NCBI GenBank assembly: GCA_965645245.1
Contig: OZ287079.1
Location: 1,426,001-1,490,000 of the forward strand
Reading direction: 5' to 3'
Source: Massalongia carnosa
Taxonomy: Eukaryota
Length of the DNA: 64,000 nucleotides
Position 1 is the first letter of the stretch. Each line of letters starts with the position of its first letter. Below the pieces are notes generated by a model, which made no database searches, was not told where the DNA came from, and was given only the letters and a program-made list of their open reading frames with translations. The translations under genes and the position numbers were made by a program. Positions 50,399 through 61,885 of the stretch are shown here, in pieces.

Positions 50399-50607
50399 GG
50401 GAGTTCTTTCAGTTCAATATAGATTGCCCAAAGTAGGGAGTTCTTTCAGTTCAATATAAATGTATGTATGTATGTGTGTATGAATAATCTAACCTATACG
50501 AAAGTTCCTCCTTCTCACCACACCACACAACGCGGCACGTAGTATATACTGTAGTATATTGATATCTTTGGAAAGATAGTTATATATAGAGAGAGAGAGA
50601 GAGAGAG
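50399..50607. repeat. 23-bp direct repeat pair plus microsatellites
   Basis: GGGAGTTCTTTCAGTTCAATATA at 50399-50421 and 50436-50458; (TGTA)n at ~50461; (TA)n(GA)n at ~50581-50607. Confidence 0.7.
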
Positions 50608-51198
50608 GTTGGAGTTTTCCTTTTTAGTGGAATAAGGTGAGGGGATGTATGTACCTATTTGCTGGCTGAAAGTGAGGGACAAAACAAAGGTCGCTAGGTG
50701 GTTCGACGAACGAATATATGAATTATTCTATGTTATGGGTTTTCTGTCTGTGCATGCATGCATGCATGGATGATGATCCTCCCCGGGGGGGGGCGTTTGG
50801 GGAGTGGGACGAACGGGCGAATGGTCGAACGAACGGATGAGAAAGAAGGGTTTACAGTATTGGTGGGTCTTGAGAAAGAAAAGAAAAAAAAAGGGGGGGG
50901 GGGGGTTGCTATGTTTGGAGACTTGAAAGTTTGTAACGGGTGCGAAAAGAAAGTGGAGAGGAAGCGAGTGCAATGTCTTAGTTTAGTCATTCAAACCGGG
51001 GGGTGAGACGGTAAAACGAGTCACTATCTTTGGGGATTGTAATGATAAGTGTACATATATATAAGCTAGGTAGGAGGCCCCTGGACAGTTGAGACCGGCT
51101 CGGACTATCTAGATATCTATCGCCTGCTTGATGGATTGATTGATTGATTGGCGATTTCTCATTTTTAAAAATAAATAAATAAAAATACCCGGGTATCA

Positions 51199-53396
51199 TC
51201 AAACCCATCGCATATCCACCTTCAGGGCATGGCTCCGATGGCGTAACAATAAAACCAACCGATCGTCGTTCTCAGCTCGTTCGAAGAGTAGGGGCTGATT
51301 CGTCGGCAATGCTCCGACATCAACAGGAATCCCCAAGGCGTTCCCCCCCCCATTTTCAGTATGCTGTACCGTTACTTGGCCTTGGCCCAGACCTTCAAAT
51401 TCAACCCTTGCAAACAGCTTGCCAGCCGCCACTTTGAGCGGAGTGCTGCTAGAGATTGCCTTGTCGATTGGGGATTGGCAGGATACGATGGTGCTCAAGG
51501 AACACGTTGAAATGCTCGTAAGGACGGGGGGCAAAGTCTCGGAAACATCGTGGGAATGTGCCGGGACAGGAAACCGAGGTTGGGAGAGAGTGGAGGAGAG
51601 ATCTGTTGGTTTTACTTTTGGAGCTGAGAACCTAGGACGTTGGGGCGATGTACCACCAGAGGCGTGCTTGGCGGAAGTGGCCGAGATCCCTGATCTAGGC
51701 GCGAAAAAACACATCATGTTTGATTGAGGAAGTACGGAGGCAGAATGTGGGACAGGAGAACCTTTTCTCCCAGCATCAAGCTGCAGAGTCGAAATATCTG
51801 AGCTGGTGGTAGAGGAAGATGAAGATCGTTGTGACGGGATAACAGGCTCGTCGCGCATAGTAGAAGGTTCAGCACGAGCAATCGAAGGATCTCGCTGCTC
51901 ACCAGGTTGTACCGTTGATTGAGCCGGGGATGACTCTGCCTCGTGCTTAATATTTGGGGTACAATCCGATATCAACGTTCCCACATCTGAAGGTAAAGGC
52001 GATATTGTTTGGCCCTTTGGTAAGTTGACGGTACTGGTCAGCGGATAATCTCGATGTGCTCTGCGCTTACGAGCAGCAGTGATATCCTCCCGAATTTTCT
52101 TATGCATCGTCGCTAGTAGACGGCGATATTCATCCACTTGATTTGCACCAAAGGCCGCTAGATCTGGTACGTTCCATTGGTTATATAAACGCCCGTGTGT
52201 TTTGGTGATAAAGTACTGGCCTTGGCTGAGAAGAAACAGGCTGCATAGATAACACGCGGATTTGCTAACCCCTAGAACCCGCGGTCTCGTCCTGGGAGCA
52301 TTAGAACATAGGCCATAGAAAGTGACCAGTTGAATTTCAGCATGTACAAAGTATGAAACTCGTTTGCCTTGGATGGTCGAAAGAGACGGCGTGATGCCTT
52401 GGTAAGCGGGTAGTATTTTGAGGTCAAGAGCCTTGAACAACGCACTAAATCGCACGGAAGACTTGGCCATATAGACACACAAGCCCCAGTATCGCCCGAT
52501 TTTATCGACCTGCTGAATGCATTTATTGTTGCACACAAGCCTGGGCTCAAGACCGTACGCACGAATTGCTCCTTCAAGCGCGAATTTGCCATCCAAGGTA
52601 CATAGATCATAACTTTCTATCACAACTTTCTTCATCAACAGCAAGTGTCGATTCGTGTTCACTTTAGCCTTATCTATACATCGAAAGGATTCGCATAGAT
52701 TATCCAGCCTTTGAACGAGGGAACTTGAATACCTTTGAGCAAAAGGGAGCCAACTGGTTAGTTGCTGAGAGACTTTCCGAATTTCCTGATACAAGGGCTC
52801 AGGCGCTGCGTTACTTCGATAGCCCGGTGGATTCCAATGCGCAGACTGAAGCCGACCATGAATGCGTTTTTGGCTCAGTACCATCACATGATCGAAAAGA
52901 CTCTTTGCACACGCTTTGCGAAGTAGCTCTGTGGCCGCGTGAATGAGTCGCTGATTGAATTCAAGCTGAATCACCAATACGCACTTTTCGAAGCACACTG
53001 TCTAAGCAAATCAAACATCGCCTTGAACGTATCGGGAACACCCTTGGGCACGGTTTCGTTGGCAGCGAGCCTTACGACCAGACCAGCCGGATCAACACTT
53101 TCCTCCAATGCTACTGCGGAGACCGCCTTCACACCTTCATCGGCGGCGGCAAGGAATGCGAAGTCATCGGCAAGCCGTTGCTCGACTTGGAAAGGCAAAA
53201 TACGGGATGGGTCATCTTGGCGAATTCTTGGATTGCGCCATTCTTCCCTAGTATGGACTTTTGGATCGCAAGGGACTTCGTTCGAATCTTGTTGGAGAGT
53301 GCTAATATCATTTCTGAAAGTCGCTTGACTCAGGCCTCGCCAGATTGAAGCTCTTGCAGTTGCAGTATTCACTTTTTGTAGCTGATCACGAGACAT
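51199..53396 (-). CDS. OTT_1508-like nucleic acid/nucleotide deaminase
   Basis: Zn-deaminase motifs VHAEIQLV and LGVSKSACYLC; N-terminal LADDFAFLAA..VSAVALEE..RLAAN. Intron 52984-52929 (GTGCGT..CAG) joins the two ORFs in frame. Confidence 0.85.
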
Positions 53397-54075
53397 TCTA
53401 GTCTATGTATGTTAGAGATTCCAGCCATGAGAGATGTAATGGAAAGGTAGAGGTGGAAAAAGTTTGCATCGCATGAGCAAAGCATTTGCTGATGTGCTGG
53501 TCGTTCTGTGCCACACGAGCATGGCATTGATCAATCGGCTGCTTTGCGATGGATTGAACAGCGTGCAAAGCAAGCCACTTGTAGCTAACTGACAGGAAAA
53601 ACAACATGTTGAAACCAGCTGTCAAGTATGAAAATGAAGCCACAATCTTCCGTGAAGAGATGAGTGCAAGGAGCTATGTTCACGAAGATGGATCTCATCT
53701 TCCATTAGGTTTTACAGTAGTACAGCGTACAGAATACCGAGTACTGTACCTGTACTTGGGTCACAGAAACTACTCCAGATCAGCCACCGGCCACCAGCCA
53801 CAATATTCACCGTTATCAATGCACACATCAGCCACACTCCCCCTCCATCACCCGTTATCTTCGCCATCCCTATGCCCCCACCAGCCCTACAAGCGTCCCG
53901 TCTCGCGGCACAAAATTCTCTCGTTCAGGTAGAGGGGCAATAAGTGGCCTAGTCTCCTCAACAAAATCTCTTCGATTATTACTACCTCACCTTTCTGTTT
54001 GCCCCCAACGTCTCAACTCTCCTACACCCTATGCTGCACTCCTAAAAACCATTGATTGCACTCCGTCCAGCAAAA

Positions 54076-57000
54076 ATGGCCAAGGAACCTCGAGCGAGAA
54101 GGCCCTCCACAAGTGCCCCCATCTCGGATCTCAAAGGACCTATTGGTCCCGACTTCACCAGACCCAAACACAAGCGTACCGTCACCGGCTTCAGTGCCGG
54201 GGAGATTAAGAGCGTAGAGAATAGCATCCCTTATGCACAGCGAGATGCGTAAGTCCTTCCGGCCTCGCGCCAGCTTCCGAAATTAATTCTGCTCGTAACC
54301 AGGTGGAGGAATCACGTATGTCTAGAGGATGATCTAGCCATTGCAATAGTGCTGACTGTACATTCGAGTCTGCTCGTGGCTTTACCACCAAGGATGAGTT
54401 CGAAGTAAGCGGAATGCCCCCGAGTAGGAATGCTGTTGTACTGACTGACTTGGATAGAGCGAGACCGTTCGTCACATCGAGACCTCTTTGGCGCGATCCT
54501 TGTTCAACTGCGATGAGCTGTAGGATTGCTTCTCTCCTACACCCCTCAGCTTGCAGCTCTGATTCATGATGTTACATTAGAGCTGCGTATTCAGGCACTT
54601 CCCTTACGTTTCGGGATAGACTCGTGATAGAATGGAACAAGACGCAACAAAGGCACACGTTCGCAGGCCAAAAGCGTGTCTACTGTACGTGGTAAGCGTC
54701 AGGTATGATTGGATGTTCGACTGATTGAATTGATAGACCTCTCCTTGGAATTCCTGATGGGCAGAGCTTTAGACAATGCGATGCTTAATGTCGGCCTCAA
54801 AGATGTTGCTAAAGGTGATTACGAACTCCAATCGATTTTTCTCGATGGCTTACGTATAGTGCAGCTGGACTCGAGGACCTGGGCTTCCGCATTGAAGATG
54901 TCATTTCCCAAGAGCATGATGCAGCCTTGGGGAATGGTGGGCTGGGACGGCTTGCCGCCTGCTTTCTCGATAGCTTAGCGTCCATGGATCTCCCTGCGTG
55001 GGGCTACGGGCTACGATACAGATACGGCATCTTCAAGCAAGAAATCGTTGACGGTTATCAGGTTGAGGTGCCAGACTATTGGCTTGATTTCAACCCATGG
55101 GAGTTCTCGCGGCATGATATTACCGTTGACATTCAATTTTACGGTCATGTCCGAAAAACCGAGTAAGTGAGGTCTATTTCATTGCTTGGTGCACATGCTG
55201 ATCATCCAGGGATGAGGATGGTAAAAGTGTGGCGGTATGGGAAGGTGGCGAGATTGTTGATGCAGTAGCATACGACGTTCCCATTCCCGGCTACAAGACC
55301 GTAACGACCAACAACTTACGGCTATGGTCCAGCAAGGCTTCGAGCGGAGAGTTTGATTTTCAGAAATTCAACAACGGCGAGTATGAGAGCTCGGTTGCGG
55401 ACCAGCAGCGTGCAGAGACAATATCCGCTGTACTTTACCCCAATGATAACTTAGACCGGGGCAAGGAGCTACGTCTTAAACAACAGTACTTTTGGTGTGC
55501 CGCATCGCTGTTCGATATTGTGCGCCGTTTCAAAAAGGCGAATAAGCCATGGTCGACCTTTCCAGACCAGATTGCCATTCAGCTCAACGATACTCATCCT
55601 ACACTGGCAATCGTGGAGCTGCAACGTATTCTGATTGATATCGAGGGTCTTGAATGGAGTGAAGCTTGGGAAATTGTTACTCATACTTTTGGATATACTA
55701 ATCATACTGTTCTACCCGAAGCTCTCGAAAAATGGTCTGTCCCGTTGGTGCAAAACCTGCTACCTCGACATCTCCAGATTATTTATGAGATTAACTTGCA
55801 ATTCCTCCTAATGGTCGAGAAGAATTTTGGCCGCGAAATGCTTGCCTCGGTGTCTATAATCGAGGAATCCCAGCCGCAGATGGTGCGAATGGCATACCTA
55901 GCTATCATTGGAAGCCACAAGGTCAACGGTGTGGCGGAACTCCACTCAGATCTGATCAAGACAACAATCTTCAAAGACTTTGTGAAGATTTATGGACCCG
56001 ATAAGTTCACGAACGTCACCAATGGGGTCACGCCTCGCAGATGGTTGCATCAAGCAAATCCTCGTTTGTCCGAGCTCATAGCGTCCAAGCTTGGAGGCTA
56101 CGAGTTCCTCAGAGATTTGACGCTACTGAACAAGCTCGAGCACCACGCCGACGATCCAAACTTCAAAAGGGAATGGCAAGAAATTAAATATGCCAATAAA
56201 GTCAGGTTGGCTCAGCACATTTTGAGCACGACTAACATCAAAGTAAATCCCAATGCACTGTTCGATATCCAGGTCAAACGTATACACGAATACAAACGAC
56301 AGCAGCTCAATATTCTAGGCATTATCCATCGGTATCTCAAAATTAAGGCCATGAGCGCGGAAGAACGGAAGAAAATTGCCCCACGAGTGTCCATTTTCGG
56401 AGGGAAAGCTGCTCCAGGATACTGGATGGCCAAGACAATCATTCATCTCATCTGCAGCGTTGGCGAAGTAGTGAATAAGGACCGAGATGTTGGCGATTTA
56501 TTGAAGGTCATCTACGTGGAAGACTACAACGTCAGCAAAGCAGAGATCATTTGTCCCGCCTCAGACTTGAGCGAACATATCTCTACGGCAGGTACCGAAG
56601 CTAGCGGTACGAGCAATATGAAATTTGTCCTCAACGGAGGGTTGATCATCGGGACCTGCGATGGCGCCAACGTAAGTCCTCCTCGGTAAATTTCCATGCG
56701 GAAACTTATAATAAATAGATTGAAATCACTCGCGAAATAGGTGACTCCAACATCTTCCTTTTCGGCAATCTTGCCGAAGACGTCGAAGACCTCCGGCACG
56801 CGCATACCTATGGCTCCTTCGCGCTCGACCCGGACCTAGCTAAAGTCTTTGACACCATAAAAAGTGGCACTTTTGGCGACGCAAGGCGCTTCAGTGCGCT
56901 CTGCGACTCCATCATCGACCACGGCGACTACTACCTCGTGTCGGACGACTTCAGCAGCTACATCCAAACGCACGAGCTCGTGGACGAGGCGTACAAGAAC

Positions 57001-57126
57001 CAGGACGAGTGGATCTCCAAATGCATCACCAGTGTAAGCCGCATGGGCTTTTTCAGCAGTGATCGTTGCATCCAGGAGTATGCGGATACGATCTGGAATG
57101 TGGAGCCGGTGCCGCCGAAGGAGTAG
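54076..57126 (+). CDS. GPH1: Glycogen phosphorylase
   Basis: [64 protein letters not shown]; multiple introns. Confidence 0.97.
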
Positions 57127-59553
57127 AGCGGCAGTGAGGATAAGGGGGGAGGAGGCATGAGCATAGAATGAGAGCTTAGATGTTTAGCAGTTGCAGCATA
57201 CACATAGACTTTGCTCTCAAAACGAGTAATTCGAACTCTGATTGTTGGTTAAACATGCCATCATGAGGAGAAATCACGGATCTAGAAGATTTGAACCTAT
57301 CTCCTCTACTTTCCTCTGAGAACCCCCACCCCAGATCACGATCGCCTGGACTTGGTACACCACCCCACGATTTGCAAAACCACGTCTCTTTCTCAAAATC
57401 CCCTAATTAAAGCCTAAAGCCTTGAAATGGAACAAAACACACATCCACACTCATCAACGAAATTGGATCAAACCCAAACCACAATTAGCCCTAATAGAGA
57501 ACCCCCCCTCTTCTTTTCCACTTCCCCCCCTCCTCTCACTGCAGAATATCGCCAGGGGTTGGGGTTGGAGGGGGCAGAGGTGACGGGAGAGAATAAGGGA
57601 AAGAGGGGATGGAAGAGGAAAAAAGAGAAATAGGGAGAGAAAGGCGAGTGCGAGGCGGGATGATGAGGGGGCTAGGTGAGAAATGGGATCGAAAAGGAGA
57701 GGGAGGACGTTGGGGATGGATGGGAGAATGACCATATCCTGGTTTCCAACGCACCACTGAGCTAGTATGACTCTACAACCGATGACGCCACGCCCCATAG
57801 GTATGATACATAGCTAACGTGTGCTCAACCCACACAACCCGTCTCTGGCCCTCGAGGCATCAACTAGGACCGTACCCTTTGGCCGGGGCCGCGAGGCTCC
57901 TGTAGCCTCAAGAACTCGATATGTCATAGGAGTAGTCAGTAGGCACTTTGTAATGCCTTGAGATTGAGCGCCGATACATTTATTTTTTTTTAAAAATAAA
58001 ATAATTACCCGATCCTCCAGCGCGATTACATACCACTACCTAGCCCCCTTTTTGATTGTTTGAAATCGCTTCTATGATGATTCACGAGAAAAGTTTCCTC
58101 CACTTCCCTTCATCTTTGCCTTTTCGCGTGCTCGTCTTTCCGTGGCTTCCGCCCGGTTCTGAGCCCCGACGGTGGGGGGCATGGAGCAGTATTGGGCAAG
58201 AACTGCAGCGACGTTCCTCGAAAACAATAGCCACGGTTGTGCAAGAATTGAGGTTCGTAGTATCGCGAAGAATTCCGACCTCGTCCATTCTCCATCATCC
58301 AAAGGTCTTGATCATCAACTACCTTCTTTGATGAATTTTGCCAGATGTCATCAGCGTCGCTCGACATCATGAGGGTATAAAATATTTCTAGCGCGTGCTA
58401 GCGCGTGCAATCCGGCTGCGACCACTAACTAGTTAAGTTGGTTCGGGCCGCCAATCGATAGGATTCTTAACATAGAAACTCTGCTGCATGAAGCAACGAG
58501 GTGTTTGTAGGCAGATTCTTTGATTCTGAACTCGAAAGGAGAGCTCGCAATCGAACGGGTACGGTAGCGTGGTCACTGGAAAGCGGTTGAGTATTTGCCG
58601 TCATTGTTTTGAAAACCTGCTTCTAAATTGCCAGTCTCTGGTTTATAAGGTGGCTTGTAATTAACGGAGTCGTCATACACTACCCTCGTGTATGCCCGTT
58701 TTGATATATCTCAACTCCCCGCATCACATCCGCCTTACTTTCAGATCGCTTCCCTATTGACGTCTTTGTTCCGCATTCTTTCACTTCATTCTCTATTTAT
58801 TCATTCAATTTTACAATCTTACACCCCCACGGTCCATTGATCTTGACTACGATTTCTCTAAAACCAGGGGCAATGAACTTCCCGCCTATCAACAACCATG
58901 ATCATGAGCCCGAAGATATAGCCCTTGATAATCTGCTTCGATGCTGTGCACTGTCTAGCTGTGCATAAGTCAGGGACTGGATTATATCCATGCGCGAGGC
59001 ATCAGATACTGTGACTTCACGCGGTCAACGTCGCTTCCTGAGCGCGGAGGGAAAACATCCCAGAAGTGCTCGGTTTTTTCTTCGGGTTAGTGTACCAAAA
59101 AAAACGATCGCTTCTAGGCGACACGAGTACATAAGTATCAATGCGGACACGTCCGCCATTTATCAGAGCCTGATGTGTTCGATAAATACAACGCAAAAGC
59201 CATGTTCCTCTAACGTGGTAATTAAGTGAGTTAGAATCATTCTGCATTTCATAGTTGAAGCATCAGTAACCTGCTTATTGACATAAAAAGCGAGCCTCAC
59301 ACGAATTGCGATCCGTTTATAATCGTTGCTGTCCCTATTGAATGAATTCTTTTCGTCTACTTCATCTTCATATCAAAAATACCTGAAATGCTGATCCTCA
59401 ATATTTCTTAATAAGAGAATGCCGCAAAACTCTACATATCATTTAGAATTTGAGTTTTCATGCTGTGATATATATGCTCCAGTTGTGCATCCATCATAAA
59501 CTTCTATGTCGTTGTTTGGTCATCGACTACAGATTGCGATCGTCATTTTTGCC

Positions 59554-60090
59554 ATGAAGTCAAAATATGAAACGTTCATAAACCTCACACCAGCTCTTCT
59601 CTCTCAGAAGCACGTTGACGGTGAGTCTGTTAACTCTTACATTCAAAACGCATCCTCTAACACACACACAGAGCAGTTCTGAGACCCTCAACTTTCACCT
59701 TCTATTGGGATACCTCGGCTTGTATTCCTTGCGCCTTCATGGATTCGTCAACCTCAATCTTCATGTCGAGAGATTACTTTGAGATACACTAAGGAATCCC
59801 CTTTTTATATCAACGCCAAAAATTTCAACCGAATTTTGAAATGGCACGTCCCGAGACAAATATTTGAAGAAAATCTCGGTACTATGCCGGACACTCGTAA
59901 GCCATATGTTCATGAAAGTAGACACAAACATGCAAGGAGGAGACCAAGAGGTCCTAGAGCTAGATTCCTGATTAAAGATAAGGAACCGCAAAATGATAAG
60001 GCTCAGCGACTAGGTCTAGTATCCTCCTTACTAGCTGCCAATGACGGTACGGCCCACATATCCGGGATCCCTAGGATAAATGACAGGTAA
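59554..60090 (+). pseudogene. HAP2: Diverged CCAAT-binding factor subunit HapB/NF-YA paralogue, probably pseudogene
   Basis: ESPFYINAKNFNRILKWHVPRQ..RKPYVHESRHKHARRRPRGPRARFL resembles the CBFB_NFYA core. Intron 59621-59671 is followed by an in-frame TGA at 59680. Confidence 0.75.
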
Positions 60091-60841
60091 ACGGAAACTG
60101 GGCTCAAACACTAATGTGCTGGCGAAAGACGAGAATGAAAAGCGAAGAGAAATTTAGACATAGAGGCGAGCAGATCTAAAACCCGAAACGAAGATCGGAC
60201 GAGAAAAATAGGCTAAAATAACATTAGCAAGCGTTAACGACATCAACGGGTCTATTGAGCCAGATGACTTACATAAAAGAGGATTAGATAACCGTTGAGA
60301 GAAAGATGCAAGAAGATTAGCCGAACGGGATCGATGAATTCAGTGAAGGGAAATCGAAATGGTTCGAGGAAAAGCTCGATGGCGAGGAATCAACGAGGAA
60401 CACGTTTTAGATTTCATGTCGAGCTCTACACGTGATTTTTATTTACTCATAAGAAGCCTGAAGATTTTGGAGATCTATGTATAAGGATATTTGTTATGTA
60501 CGGTCATGCAAGTGACTGATGAGGATAAGAAGCAAATAAAAGGTGAACAGTTCAATGAGAATGAACGTGACTCGAACAAGACGATCCATGACAAGATTTC
60601 TGTTGAGTAGATATATGACTATGAATCTATATATATATAATGATATTGATGATAGGTGTCGTTATTTTATGGGGGGGGGGTTGGGAAGAGATTGATGAAA
60701 AGAGTCGTGACGATGATAAGCTCATACTTTGTATGAAAGATCTAGAATATGACGTCCAATTGTTGATCTATCCAAGCCGTTTTTCATCATTTCTTCTCCT
60801 TGTATCGCCCCATAACTTGAGAATATCGCGTGGCACTACCG

Positions 60842-61885
60842 CTACTCCCCCGATCCTGAAGACCATGAGACGAAAAACCGCGGAAACAAGTCTCGGAGCT
60901 CTTCTAGGCTGCGAATCTGAAATTCCGCAGCCTGGGTCGCTGGATCCGGGTCGCTAGGCTCGAGGAGGTGGGCTGTGGTCCAGCCCCGGGTTTGGGCGTG
61001 ACGGCAATTGAGGTAGGAGTCGTCTGGAGGTTTTATTTTATTTTAGAAAGGATGAGGGTTTGGGCGTGCGGAAATGGAAGGAGAAAGGAAATTAGAGGGA
61101 GATACGGCAAGAGATATGCCATTTGAACTGGGGAACCGGGGGGGGAGGGATCCAAGAGGCGACGCACCGACGAAATAGCAATCCTTCGGCGAAGGCGCGC
61201 CAGCTTGCTCCTCCGCTTTTTGATACATTGCCGGATGGGGCTTACACAGAAACGGCTGCGCGCCATAGTCGCAATACGTGATGCCCTCGAAAAAGTCCCT
61301 TACCCCAAGCAGCTTCATCACGCGCTCTGCGTGCGTGACGTACGCGTTCGTGAATAGCCACAGTTTGACTTTCGTCTGGTCGATGTCGGACAGCAATTGC
61401 CACAGCTGGGGGTCTGGAGCGATGACGTCGTCGAGAGGGAGCGCATCGTCGACTTCGCGATTGAATTCCAAAGGGTTGATTTTATGGTGTAGGACTAGGC
61501 CAGCGATAGCGAGGCCATAGTCTTTGTAGTAGCGCTGATGTAGGTCGTAGGCATCTTTTGGGGATAGGGAGAGGTGATTGATGAAATATTCATCTTTCGT
61601 GCCAGCGGAGTTAGCAAGGTTGTTGATAGGAGCTAAAAGCGATGTGTTACACCGTACCGATGTGGTCTTGCATCATTTCTAGGACCTTCTTACCTGATAT
61701 GACGAGTATCAATCATTTGACCAGGCATCGATCAAGTTTTAGTGAGGCCTACTGCGCGGATAAAGCTATTACGGATGGCATGTGTTAGTAATGATGTTAA
61801 TCCTGGCCAAATTAGTTTAACATACACAGTTGTCGATATCGAAGAAGAATACAGGCCTCGAATCTACATTTGTGGGATTGGCCAT
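60842..61885 (-). CDS. SDT1: Pyrimidine 5'-nucleotidase (HAD superfamily)
   Basis: FFFDIDNCLYP, YYKDYGLAIAGL, EFNREVDDALPL, WLFTNAY, CKP, YFV-DDSYLN; several introns. Confidence 0.9.

Noticed and set aside
57721..57775. Minus-strand TAGCTCAGTGG A-box suggesting a tRNA
   Set aside because: No T-arm/B-box (GTTCRA) and no cloverleaf
58056..59250. Overlapping short ORFs
   Set aside because: No recognisable domain; probably decayed or intergenic sequence
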